From contig NC_057718.1 in the NCBI RefSeq assembly GCF_004010195.1, positions 22,206,026 through 22,270,025 of the forward strand: a DNA stretch of 64,000 nt, read 5' to 3'. The notes beneath the pieces are model-generated. The model saw only the letters and a program-made list of their open reading frames with translations. It searched no databases and had not been told where the DNA came from. The DNA is from Chiloscyllium plagiosum (lineage: Eukaryota). Both the position numbers and the translations under genes were made by a program. Shown in pieces: positions 35,519 to 48,271 of this stretch (the stretch's first letter is position 1; every line of letters begins with the position of its first letter).

Positions 35519-36965
35519 CATATAGTGCAGCTGTGTGAACATGAAGTTATGCCTCATGCTGGAACAGTGACATTTGGAGCTACACAGAGAGGTAAACAAC
35601 CAGATGAAAGGTCAAAGCAGTGGCACTTATGTAACTACTGTAAAGTAATGCACTGTGAATTGTCACCAAAGTACAAGGTATGGTCAGTGGGTTTTCTCCC
35701 TTCCACAATGTTCTAATGTACTCCTTGGTCCTGAATGGTCCAGACGTGATGAGGGTGTTCAGGCTAGTCGCAAGTTGACTCTCCTTGGCTTCACCTGCCA
35801 AGGGTTGGAGGTGGGCAGACAGGCTGAAGGTGGGGTCCTGGAGTTTCGTGAGTGCAGATTTCTGAGGGGCTGTGTGTGAGGTTGGGCACCTGGAGTTCAC
35901 ACCAGGGTTCCCTGTTCTTCCTGATGCTATGCTTCCAGTTCTGAGGAAAGCTGACGCTTTGGAGTGCAGATGTGAGCATCTCTCCAGCAGACCTTGAGGG
36001 TGTTGGACCTGGCTGTCATGGCAGCCGCCCACCTACCCATAGTAGCAGCCAGACGATGGGAGGTTTCAGTGCATTGCTGCAGCTTCTGGGCCTCTGCCTG
36101 CCACATAATTGACTGCTGCCCCTGTTCCTCCCAGTACATGTGGACAAAGTTCTGCTTGCTGATACCATTATCCTGCCTGGTATTCAACAGGTGCCTGGTC
36201 TTTGACAGTCCTCCAAGTTCCAGTGGCCTGGGGTGTTCCTTCCACCACCAACTGTGGAGCCATCGCAGTGAAGTACTCAGCAGGTGGCTGTTCCTCTGAG
36301 AATCAGCTTCCATTCCTTTGCGGCACTCTTTCAACTGGAACCTTCAGATCCTGTTGGAGAATCGCAGTGCCATCTTCCCCTTCTCCGACATCTTCTGGAC
36401 ACATCTTTAACAGAGGAGGGCAGCTTTGGAATTGCCAGCAGCTTGGGCACCAGAGATGCAGGTCTTTCAGCAGCTATCTGCTGAATGATGCAGGAATTGT
36501 TGCAGGAATGGCTTGTCATAAATGCCCAGAGGGGCAGGGTAGATAGTTAATGAGGTAAGTTTGGGAAGATACCTGTGATTTCATCCTGATGGCTGTGATG
36601 TTGGCAGGGAGGTTTCAGTACTTGCTGATGTCTGTCTGCCCTTCATTCTCGGAGCTGGGGTAAAAGGGGGGCCAGCAGGGAGGTGCAGATACCAGGTGAG
36701 TTGGACTGTAACTGGGCAAAGGTTCAATCTTGTCCCTGTCTTTACCGTTCAGGGTATCAGAATGTGAAACTGAGTGCTCGAAGCAAAAGCACAGTGCCAG
36801 AGAGAGTAAAGGGGAAACAGTAATTTTCAGAACATCTTTCTTTTTCTTACACCAATAATCGATTCTGAGAACAGTGCTTGTTAGCTGGATTAACTTCCTT
36901 AACTGAGGAAAAAAATAACTGGACATAAAATGTTAACTCCACGTTTTGTTCTATTGATGCTGCTG

Positions 36966-37712
36966 GAGGGCAGGACTTAGACAGTTAATGGTAGGGTCAC
37001 GGGGTGTGTTGTCGAACAAAGAAACCTTATAATGCAGGTACATAGTTCTTTGAAAGTGGATTCACAGGTAGACAGGGTGGTGAAGAAGGTGTTCTGTACG
37101 CTTGTCTTTACTGGTCAGAACACTGAGTAGAGGGGTTGGGAGGTCATGTTGCCACTGCACAGCACATAGGTCAGGCCACTTTTCGAATACTGCATTCAAT
37201 TCTGGCCTCCCTGCTAGATGTTGTTAAACATGAAAGGGTGCAGAAAAGATTGACAAGTATGTTGCCAGGGTAAGAGGGTTTGAGCTAACAGGAGAGGCTG
37301 AATAGGCTGGGGCTTTTTTCACTGGAACGTTGGAGGCTGAGGGGTGACCTTATAAAGGTTTATAAAATCATGAGGGCCATAGATAGGGTAAATAGCCAAG
37401 GTCTTTTCCCTGGAGTGGGGGTGTCCAAAACTAGAGGGCATAGGTTTAAGGTGAAAAGAGAAAGATTTAAAAAGGATCTAAGGGGTAACTTTTTCATGCA
37501 AAGGATGTTGTATGTATGGAATGAGCTGCTAGAGCAAATAGTGGAGGCTGGTACAACTACAACATTTGAAAGGCATTGGGATGAGTAGATGAATAGGAAG
37601 GGTTAAGAGGGATATGTAACAAATGCTGACAAATGGGACTAAATTAATTTAGGCTATCTGGTCAGCATGGACAAATTGGAACGAAGGGTCAGTTTCCGTG
37701 CTGTCCAATTCA
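36966..37712 (+). mobile_element. CR1 LINE 3' fragment
   Basis: ORF 37370-37588 reads RAIDRVNSQGLFPGVGVSKTRGHRFKV; the 3' UTR runs to gtttccgtgctgt. Confidence 0.92.
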
Positions 37713-40216
37713 ATTGAGAAACAAATTTGTAATGAGATCTCAATTTATCTATAAGAGTAATAGGGTGGTTATGGTTGGGGATTTTAACTTTCCAAACGTA
37801 GACTGGGATTACCATAGTGTTAAGGGTTTAGACTGAGAGGAATTTGTTAAGTGTGTACAAGGAAATTTTCTGATTCAGTATGTGGATGTACTTACTAGAG
37901 AAGGTGCAAATCTTGACCTACTCTTGGGAAATAAGGCAAGACAGGTGACTGAGGTGTCAGTGGGGGAGCACTTTGGGGCCAGCGACCATAATTCTATTTG
38001 TTTTAAAATCGTGATAGAAAAGGATAAAGAAGATCTAAAAGTTGAAGTTCTAAATTGGAGAAAGGTGAATTTTAGTGGCATTAAGCAAGAATTTCACAAA
38101 CTGATTTGGGGCAGATGTTTGCAGGTAAAGGGACAGCTGATAATGGGAAGCCTTCAGAAATGAGATAACCAGAGTCCAGAGAAAGTATATTCCTGTCAGG
38201 GTGAAAGGAAAGGCTGGTAGGTATAGGGAGTGCAGGATGACTAAAGAAGTTGAGGGTTTGGTTAAGAAAAAGAAGGAAGCATATTTCAGGTATCGACAGG
38301 ATAGATTGAGTGAATCCTCAGAGGAGTATAAAGGCAATGGGAATATACTTAAGAGGGAAATCAGGAGGGCAAAAAGAGGACATGAGATAGCTTTGGCAAA
38401 TAGAGTTATGAAGAATCCAAATGGTTTTTATAAATACATTAAAGACAAAAGGGTAACTAGGGAGAGAATAGGCCCCCTCAAAGATCAGCATGGCAGCCTT
38501 TGTGTGGAACCGCAGGAGATGGGAGAGATACTAAATGAGTACTTTGCATCAGTATTTACTGTGGAAAAGGACATGGAAGATATAGAATGTAGGGAAATAG
38601 ATAGTGACATCTTGATAAATGTCCATACTACAGAGGAGGAAATGCTGGATGTCTTGAAGCGCATCGAGTGGATAAATCCCCAGGACCTGATCAGGTGTAC
38701 CCTATAACTCTATTGGAAGCTAGGGAAACGATTGCTGGGCCTCTTGCTGAGATATTTGTATCATTGATAGTCACAGGTGAGGTGCCGGATGGCTGGAGAT
38801 TGGCTACCATGGTACCACTATTTAAGAAAAGTGGTATGGACAAGCCAGGGAACTATAGACCAGTGAGCCTGACATCGGTGGTGGGCAAGTTGTTGGAGAG
38901 AATCCTGAGGGACAGGATGTACATGTATTTAGAAAGGCAAGAACTGATTAGGGATAGTCAACATGGCTTTGTGAGTGGGAAACCATGTCTCACAAACTTG
39001 ATTGAGTTTTTTGAAGAAGTAACCCAGAGGATTGAATAGGGCAGAATGGTAGACGTGATCTACATGGACTTCAGTAAGATGTTCGACAAGATTCCCCATG
39101 GGAGACTGGTTAGCAAGGTTAGATCTCATGGAATACAGGGAGAATTTAGATACAGAACTGGCTCAAAGGTAGAGGGTGGCGTTGGAAGATTGTTTTTCAG
39201 ACTGGAGGCCTGTGACCAGTGGAGTGGCACAACGATCGATGTTGGTCCACCACTACTTTTTGTCATTTACATAAATGCTTTGGATGTAAGCATAAGAGGT
39301 TTAGTTAGTAAGTTTGCAGATGCCACTAAAATTGGAGGTGTAGAGGACAGCGAAGAAGGTTACCACAGATTACAACGGGATCTTGATGAGATGGGCCAAT
39401 GGTCTGAGAAGTGGCAGATGGAGTTTAATTTAGATAAATGTGAGGTGCTGCATTTTGGGAAAGCAAATCTTAGCAGGACTTATACATTTAATGGTAAGGT
39501 CCTAGGGAGTGTTGCTGAACACAGAGACCTTGGAGTGCAGGTTCATAGCTCCTTGAAAGTGGAGTCGCAGGTAGATAGGATAGTGAAGAAGGCATTTGGT
39601 ATGCTTTCCTATATTGGTCAGAGTATTGAGTACAGGAGTTGGGAGGTCATGTTGTGGCTGTATAGGACATTGGTTAGGCCACTGTTGGAATATTGCATGC
39701 AATTCTGGTCTCCTTCCTATCAGAAAGATGTGAAACTTGAAATGGTTCCGAAACGATTTACAAGGGTGTTGCCACGTTTGGAGGATTTGAGCTTTAGGGA
39801 GAGGTTGAATCAGTTAGGGCTGTTTTCCCTGGAGTGTCGGAGGCTGAGGGGTGACCTTTTAGAAAATCATGAGGCACATGGATAGGAAAAATAGACAAAA
39901 TATTTTCCCTGGGGTGGGGGAATCCAGAACTGGCGGGCATATATTTTGGGTGAGAGGGGAAAGATATAAAAGAGACCTAAGGGGCAACGTTTTCACGCAG
40001 AGGGTGGAATGAGCTGCCAGAGGAAGTGGTGGAGGCTAGTACAATTGCAATATTTAAAAGGCATCTGGATGGGTACATGAATAGGAAAGGTTTGCAGGGA
40101 TATTGGCTGGGTGCTGGCAGGTGGGACTAGATTGAGTTGGGATATCTGGTCAGCATGGACGAGTTGGACCAAAGGGTCTGTTTCCGTGCTGTACATCTCT
40201 ATGACTATGACTCTAT
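37713..40216 (+). mobile_element. CR1 LINE (HER1-like), longest copy: late APE domain through RT to tail; frameshifted
   Basis: VVMVGDFNFPNVDW, LDLLL, SDHNSI (APE), KPGNYRPVSLTSVV, KFADATK and WQMEFNLDKC. Tail ctctatgactatgactctatg. Confidence 0.96.
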
Positions 40217-41899
40217 GTCCTGCTAAGTCTTACAGGAACCCAACCCAACTTGCGCCAAAGAACAACCACAAGATTCAGCCCACTGTGTTTCAATGTGCCA
40301 TAAAATATATTGCAGTTTTGAGGTGTTAGTTAAATATTTTTCTCCAATGAGCAGTTTGAATGGCAGACTACCAAAAGACCATTTGACAGTGCAGGTGGTT
40401 GTAGCTACTTGGGAACTGCGATTAGTTCAGGAGCCAATGCTGGTTATTGCGCAGTTTTCAATGGATTCTATTTGACTACTGCAGGTTTTGACAAAGATAT
40501 AAAAAAATCCATAAGAGCTACAGTTAGTATTGAAGAGAGATTTTAAGGATAGGAATCATGTTTCTCTGAGGGATTAGCAATAACATATAAGAAGGCAGAA
40601 ATTACCCTGGACCATCTTTCAATTTTCAAGAAACATATTGCAAAGAATTGCACTCTTTAAGAGTTTCAATTATTTTTCATTTTAATTTGTCATAGATACA
40701 AGATTATCCTAATGCAAAAAGCTGGTTGTTGAAGAATAGAACAAGAGACAATCTTTCCACATATTTATTCATTGAGTTACATGTTACAAACACCCCTTAA
40801 ACCAATTACCATTGTTTTCATTTCTGTCTAAATAGAATAAAGACTTCTTTTTCATCATCCTGTTTGGACATATTTCCATGGCCATCACACCCTGAGTTAA
40901 GACTTTAACCTGGACCTTCTAGCCTAGAGGTTGGGGGGGGGGGGGCACGACCACTGTATCATAAAACCCCCTTTTAGTCTGTCTCTCTTAGGCCTTAAGA
41001 GTATTATTTAAATGGTAGTAGATTTGGAAATGTTCCAGGACATTGTGCAACATCTAGGGCCGAAGGGCCTGGACTGCGCTGTAATGTTCTATGACACATT
41101 GGACTTGAACCTAAGCCTCCTGGCTCAGAGGTCGTGATACTGTCAGATCACGTGAAAATACAGATGTTGGATTGGATACTGCTTGGCTAATATTTAGTAA
41201 AATTTTTATGATCTGGCTGATAAAATAATGTTGCAGATTATTTATTTATTCCATACACTTAGTGGAACTGAGCAAAACAATCAGGCATATGCCAAATTGA
41301 TTACCTTTTTAACCAAAGTGCTAATGAATTTGTTACAATTGTATGCAATCTGGTGAGGAAAGAGAGATAAATATGTCATGCTTTCCATTTTTAATAAGAA
41401 TCCTGCGATGTCTGTTGTAAAGTAAATAGGTATGGAGGCAATCATACCATTCCACACTCACTCATATGTAATTAGTTAACCCTGCAACAGAACTGGAGCT
41501 TCCTTGGGAATTTATGGATTCCTGTGCCTGCAAACCAGGTCATGTAATACACTGCAACTCTGAAGGAGTGAGATTGAGTGGTTTTCAATTGACACCTCAA
41601 GCTCGATGTCTAGATAAAGCCTTAAATTTATGCTTGAATTGCTCTTTTCCTTTTACACTCAGGTAGCACATACTCATATGCAACTAGTGCATTCAGACTG
41701 TAGGAAACCATTCAACTGATGTCAGCTGTGGGACTCATCAGTTAGCAGCAAACTATATTGTTGAACATTAGTTCTTAGCTTGGATTTTCATAGAGAAAGT
41801 AACAAACTTACTGGCCAAGTCAAGCACAGTAGCTTTTTTAAAGCTTTCAGTAATTTCTTTAACTATTTCTCTTACATTTGTCTTCTGCATTTTGTAAGG

Positions 41900-42109
41900 T
41901 ACATAGACTTTTAGGAAATGAATCTTCCCAATTTAACTACTATATTGTATTTTAACTATTGTAAGAATAAAGTATGGTTTGATAAAAGCTTATTGGTAGA
42001 CCAATCGTATCATATCTGGAACACAATGCCTTTCACTTGGCTTTAAAAAATATAAAAGTTAGAGACTGGGCTATCTCCATAATATAGTTTTGGGGTCTAA
42101 TCCATAACG
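41900..42109 (+). mobile_element. Partial LTR, 3' portion, family of 8691-9337
   Basis: gtattttaactattgtaagaataaa..aaagttagagactgggcta..tccataacg parallels 9166-9337. Confidence 0.6.
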
Positions 42110-42119
42110 GTGTACCACT

Positions 42120-42362
42120 TTCTTTTTCACCTCAAGGGCGGTGGGAATCTGGAATTCGTTATTTGTAAGAGTGGTAGAGGCAGAAGCTCTCACAACATTT
42201 AAGAAGTATTTAGATGTGCACTTGGGATGCGAAGACATGGACCAAGCACTGGAAAATGACATTAGAATAGTTGGTCTTGTTTTTGACTGGCGCAGATTCA
42301 GTGGGCCTCAGTATCGTGAAAGACCCATTTTCTGTGCTGGAGGTCTTTGTGACTCTATGACA
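42120..42362 (+). mobile_element. CR1 3' fragment
   Basis: gtgggaatctggaattc..gtggtagaggcagaa..acatttaagaagtatttagatg..tgactctatgac. Confidence 0.85.
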
Positions 42363-42440
42363 TTGGGAAACAAAATCAAGTGTAGCATTGCAGTGAAAGA
42401 GGAAGGTCTGGATAATTAGATTGGCATGTTTTGACATAAT

Positions 42441-42749
42441 AACAATAGACAATAGACAATAGGTGCAGGAGTAGGCCATTCTGCCCTTCGAGCCAGCACC
42501 ACCCAATCAGTATCCTGTTCCTGCCTTATCCCCATAACCCTTGATTCCACTATCCTTAAGAGCTCCAGCCAATTCTTCCTTGAAAGTATCCAGAGACTTG
42601 ACCTCCACAGCCTTCTGGGGCAGAGCATTCCATACACCCACCACTCTCTGGGTGAAGAGGTTTCTCCTCAACTCTGTTCTAAGTGGCCTACCCCTTATTT
42701 TTGAACGGTGTCCTCTGATTCGGGACTTACCCATCAGCGGAAACATCCT
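42441..42749 (-). mobile_element. CR1 3' fragment with (ctattgt)n tail
   Basis: ORF 42507-42752 reads RMFPLMGKSRIRGH..RRNLFTQRVVGVWNALP; tail acaatagacaatagacaatag. Confidence 0.9.
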
Positions 42750-45005
42750 CATTCAAAAGTTATCTGATCTGATTTTGGTTCTCTACTTGCATTCTCAATG
42801 CCAACATATTGAAAATTATCAATGTAAACTCACTACTCTTGTCCATGCCTTGGTAAAGATGGGGCAGTTACTGTGTGACAACTTTGCATTGACAGCATGT
42901 ATTGTAGGTGGGGACACAGGAATCTATAATAGAAACTGGCTGAGAGGAGGTGCCTGGAAAAGTGAGATGCTAATATTTATCTAGTCAACCCTACAAGGTA
43001 TGCATATCGGCAATCACTATTAATTGGGAACTGTAGTGTATTTTAGGATCAATGGGCAGTAATCTGATCAGTGGATGCAGATGTAATTCAGTTTTTAATT
43101 TTAAAATAATCCATTCTGTTCTTATTTTATAAGCCAAAATGCATTCCATATCAATAATTAAAACTGGCTGTGGAAGTTTGTTTTAAAAATTATTTTAAAA
43201 ATCCTGCAGTGATTGTCAGACCTGCAATGTTTCTTCTGATGGAAGTGTGTGTTCACGATGTAACAAGTTCATTTAAATAGTTTTCATTATAAATTTGCAT
43301 GTCAAAGAAAGGAAGTGCACATAGATCCTGGATGACAAGTCAACCAACGAATAATATCAATCATCAGGTAATGCGGTTTGTAAATTGTTCGGGCCTTAGG
43401 AATAGATATGCGTTCAGCTATGAGTGGCAATTGAGAATCTTGATGCTACTTTGGCCTAGAGACTTACTTAAGTTGGATACAATTCTTTCTCTGCAATGGT
43501 TGGGATTTGAGGTCCAGGTGGTCCAAGGGGATGATTTAGTTGCAGGAGCTGTGCACATCATTTTCGAGGAACTGGGAAGAACACTCCACCTCCTGACCAC
43601 AGAAAAATAATCTCAATGTTCACAATTTCAGGTTTCTGCTGCTGCGTTTGTGAGTTTTACCAAATAGGGATAATTGGTTGCACTTGCAATAATTTCAAGA
43701 TCCTATGTGTTATGCATGCTACAGAAACACAGTGATATGCATTTATGCAGCACCTATTTTATGATAAAACACGCAAGACATTTCAGAGGTGTGGTGATCA
43801 ACAAACTTTGACAACCAAGCCACCACAGGTACTGATTTGGAGATGCCGGTGTACACCACAGGTACTGATACTGATAAGTGCCTTGTGCTTGCAGCACTAT
43901 ACTCCTTTCGAGGAGGGAAGGTAGAAGAAAGCAGAGGGAGTGAGGTGAGACATTGTAAGGAGAGGAGAGGATGGGAAAATTGGTCAGCATTTTGTCCTAG
44001 CTTTACAGTCCTTCTCTGTTACTTCAGTTGATAGATTGAACAATGAGAAAATAATTGTTTTAGGAAGACAATTTTTAATTTAATTTTAATCTGAGTCAAC
44101 CCTCATTAAACAGAATAAGATGGTCCTGGGTTAGTCATGGATTTATTACTCAGTAAAGTTTTCTGTAATTAAAATAAATGAGATTTGCCATCAAGAATCA
44201 AAGACAATTTGAGATGTACATGAGGTCATTTTGGTTAGCTTTTAATTCTGAGATAATGGAGTGATAAGCAGGTGATAATTTCAGTTATTTAGGTTCATTG
44301 CTTACAGCAATATTGCATTGTAATTTTGAACAGTTATTAATTATGTGGATCAGTAAACCATGGTAAGGTTTAAGCAGATAATCTGTGCTGGCATTTGACA
44401 GCAGAGATTACTTGTACAACCTGAATTTCTCTTTGCAGCACTGGGATGGAAACTAGAAAGAACTGGGTTCCTTCCCGTTTTAGACTTCTTTGGCCAAACA
44501 TCATACTTCTGCATTGGTACCAATCAGAATGCTCGCACTTATGTCCAAGCTTATTGCTTTAAACATAAGGGTGGATTCTTTGATTCAAAAGTGGTGTCAG
44601 CACATTCAACCTGGTTTTTCAAAGACTGGGAAAGTGGGCACAGATAACTTTTGAATCTTACTTCTCATCAATTTGAGGCCATTTTTGGGCTGACATCAAG
44701 GGTATTCTTATGCTCAATGCACTACTGTGCACAACATAATTGCATATTGATCAGTACACTCCTAGCATTGAATGTAAGAGCACCAAACTACCAATGGGAA
44801 TGAGCAGTAACATTGTACCCGAAAGAATTTGTAAAACTTGTAAAACCAATATTTAAAATTGGCCATTGATAGGAAATGGAATTGATGTAAATAAATGAAC
44901 AGAAGTAAACCTACTGACTAATGTTAACTAACTTGGAGCAAACTCCAAGAAATTAGTTCAGTATTGGAATCTTATGTGCATGTTCCCTTCCCTGTGCAAA
45001 TAATT

Positions 45006-45642
45006 GGGTGAGTTTAATGCATGCCCCCTTCTCGTCACCTCAGCAATGCTGGGAGAGAAGGCGCCTTGGGTGACCTTCTCAGCTCACCAGCAATTAAGGA
45101 CCTAATGTGGTCAATCAATGACCTCTTAAGGCCTTACCTCACCACCGACCCAATTAGCTATCTTCCCAACAGGCGGGAAAAGTGGTTGGTTCACTGACTG
45201 GGAAACTATGGTGACCTGACTGTTGGGATGGGTGGAGGGCTCAATTTTCCCCAACCTGAGGCCAATTAGGGGGCAGAGGTGGAGTCTAAAGGCCACCCAC
45301 CTTTTTTGCCTCTGACCTCTCTCCTTGACCCCTACTCCATGATACGTTAAAAAAAAAGACTTGCCTTCTCTCCTGAAGACTAGGCCTGCAGCTGATGATC
45401 TCTACGATCCAGAAGCTCTGATTGTCCAGCTAATTATAAGAAAGTATACTTGCAAAACCTAATGGGTGCAGTACCTTACAGAATACCAACTCAAATTGAA
45501 AGATATAGCCAGCAGTTTCTGACAAGGCGGGTCTTCAGCGTAGGGATTTTAGTGAGAAACTCATCAATTCAGCGAACTTCCTTATTGTAGGAGGCAATGA
45601 CCTAGTCTCCACACTTGGGCTGCAAAATGGAAAATTTTAGCC
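45006..45642. mobile_element. Probable old non-autonomous DNA element (Harbinger-like MITE)
   Basis: GC-richer island bounded by gggtgagtttaa and aaaattttagcc. The internal aattaaggacctaatgtggtcaatcaatg motif resembles the reverse complement of sequence at ~57205 (cattaattggccccttaag). Assignment is by resemblance only. Confidence 0.35.
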
Positions 45643-47109
45643 ATCTGTTCTAATTGGTCACAGTTTGATCAATTTTTCTTTTCAATTTACCAGTCAGATC
45701 CCCAGATGATCTTCAGAATTATGAGGAAAATGTAACTAAATGCTCAAATGAGGAAATACTCAAAAGGCATTGGTTTAGTGATGGACAAGTTGGAGAATAA
45801 ATTTTAACCAAAGTGAGGAGAAGTTGTCTATTTCTTTTACTCATGTTGCCTTTTCTTTTCCCAGTCTGTTGGTTATTTATATTGTAGTGAGAGGTGTTCA
45901 GGCACAGACTTTCAACAACCTGTGCTGTATGACCGAAGGCAGCTTATTCCCACTTAGCCATTGCAGCAATTATTTTTATCTACAAACCCCAGAAGAAATC
46001 TTTAAAGAGCATTTGAAATGCTGATTCCCTCAATAATACCCACTTTTTTTTTAATGATGTAGTTTGCCTTCTGGTTTCAGCTACAGGTGACTATCCTTCT
46101 GGGAATGTTTCACATTCCAATCCTACGGTGATATAATCTTTAAAGTATACAGCAGAAAAATAGAATCTTTACCGTCATAATCATATTTTGATGAAAAGAA
46201 TGCTCAACTTCTAAAAGGTCTTGCCTTCTGATTGTTTCCTGCCATTTTTGTGGCCTTTCTGATCTTATGTGATGAGATTCAAACTGCAGTGTGACGATAT
46301 TCATATACAATACTTTTCTAAAACAGAGGATAGAAAAGCAGTATGTCTCATCTTAGATCACAAGCTTAGAAACAATGTAGAATTATAGTCCCTTATCATT
46401 GTACTGAGGATGTAGACCAAAGTATTGAACGGGGCTAAAGTACAATCATGAAATAGTATTACATTTGACTCAAAATTTTGTAAGTGACAATTTTAATATG
46501 TAATATATTTAGAAATGTCTGTTACAAGTACGATTAAAACTTAATCTGAAAATGATTTTGGTTTTACAGATAATGAGGTTGGGTTATAGTCATCAAACTA
46601 ATGCTTGACCTTTAGAAGGTATTCACACATGTATTTAGATTGGCAATTAGGCAAGCCCAAAGGCCAATAGAAATAATTTTACCTGAGTGACAAAAATTAT
46701 TCAAACACAGGAAATTATGTTTAGTCTTGTAAAATCATAATTGTGATTTGGAAACTAGTGTCATGGTACTGGCCCTGTTTTCATCTGCTTTGTGTGCATG
46801 TATTTTTAATTTGATTGTCCACAGTTCGTACTTTTTTCCAATACAGAACCCACAATAGCTTTAGGAAACCAACACACAAAACGCAAATAAGGCATCTCGT
46901 GTTTCCTGTTCCCACCCAACACAGGGTATTAAAGGTCACCAAATGTATTACCTTTTGAGAAGGAATGTAATAGGGTTTGAGTTGTAAGTTTGAAGGGCAT
47001 TTGGGAAGCAGAAGAGTTGCAATCCCGTCTCTTAATCTCTTCCCCTCCCCCACCCTTTCATTATTGAGGGAATAATTAATAAGATATTTGGGATCTTGGG
47101 TTTATGAGA

Positions 47110-47765
47110 TTGTTGCTGAACAAAGAGACCCTGGGATGCCAGTTCGTTTTTCCTTCATAGTGGAGTAACAGATAGACAGGATAGTGAAGAAGACATTTGG
47201 TATGCTTGCTATTATTGGTCAGTGCACTGAGTGTTGGGGTGAGGAGGTCATATTGCAGTTGTACGGGAAATTATTTAAGAATACCACATTCAATTCTGGT
47301 TTCCCTGCTATAGGAAATATGTTACAAAAAACAGAAAGATTTGCAACGATTTTGCCGGTGTTGGAGGGTTTGAGCAATGGGGAGAAGCTGAATAGGCTGG
47401 GGCTATTTTCCCTGGAGTGTTGAAGGCTGAGGGGCGCTCTTATAGATGTTTATAAAATCATGAGAGCATAGATAGGTTGAATAGCCAAGGTATTTTTCCT
47501 ATGGTAGGGGAGTCTAAAACTAGAGGGTATAGGATTAAGGTGAGAGGGAAAATATTTAAAAGGGATCTGAGGGGCAACGTTTTCATGCAAAGGGTGGTGT
47601 GTGTGTGGTATGAGCTGCCAGAGGAGGTGGAGGCTGGTACAATTACAACATGTAAAAGGCATCTGGAAGGGTCCATGAATAGGAACAATTTAGATAGGTA
47701 TGGGCCAAATTAATTTAGGATATCAGGTTGGACCAAAGAATCTGTTTCTGCATTGTACAATGGCT
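47110..47765 (+). mobile_element. CR1 3' fragment
   Basis: ORFs 47184-47423 and 47477-47713 read EKLNRLGLFSLEC and ESKTRGYRIKV. Confidence 0.88.
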
Positions 47766-47774
47766 CAATAAATA

Positions 47775-48255
47775 TGGGTTTGTGCGCAAAAGCAGGGAAT
47801 TTCTAAACTTTATAAATTTTTGTTTAAACCACAATTGGAATATTGCATCTAGTCCTAATCATCATATTTCAGGACATATCTAAGGGTCTTTCAGAGGGTG
47901 GCTCAGGGGATGAGAAGTTTTAGCAATAAGGTTAGGTCAGAAAAGCTGGGGTTGTTCTCCTTGGTGCAAAGGATGTTGAGGAGAAATTTGATGGAGGCAG
48001 ACAGGACTATGATGGTTTTAGATACGATAGGCAGAAAAGAATTGTTCCGTTTAGTTGATTGTCGAAGAACTATTAGATACAAATTAAATATTTTGGGCAA
48101 CAATGGGGATTAGAAGTGAAACATTTTAATGCAGCAAGTACTATGACCTGGAACTCTCTACCTATAAGATGGTGGAAGTGGGGGTGATCAATGATTTTGA
48201 AAGGAGATTGGATGGATACTTGAGAGAAACACAGATTCAATGGTCTGAATGGACT
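47775..48255 (+). mobile_element. Older CR1 3' fragment
   Basis: ORF 47898-48113 reads RSEKLGLFSLVQRMLRRNLMEA. Confidence 0.7.
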
Positions 48256-48271
48256 CACTTTGTGCCATTAT

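Larger units (their letters stand above)
33990..36620. mobile_element. Decayed PIF/Harbinger element: convergent transposase remnant (+) and Myb/SANT-like ORF remnant (-)
   Basis: The minus strand from ~36390 reads MSEKGKMALRFSN-DLKVPVERV, resembling the APRFSxxxLExL start of Harbinger Myb/SANT ORFs. The plus strand across the LTR insertion reads GYQSM|..VQLCE, resembling the GxHSxNVQxVCD transposase motif. It is heavily degraded and the boundaries are uncertain. Confidence 0.5.

Noticed and set aside
32507..40944. Poly-G runs (32507-32520 and ~40933-40945) as functional G-quadruplex elements
   Set aside because: They are simple homopolymers inside decayed repeats. Their length is error-prone and there is no independent support.
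43299..43610. 103-aa ORF in unique sequence as a host exon
   Set aside because: No recognisable domain and no coherent splice-site pair. The length is within chance expectation for a 64-kb six-frame scan.
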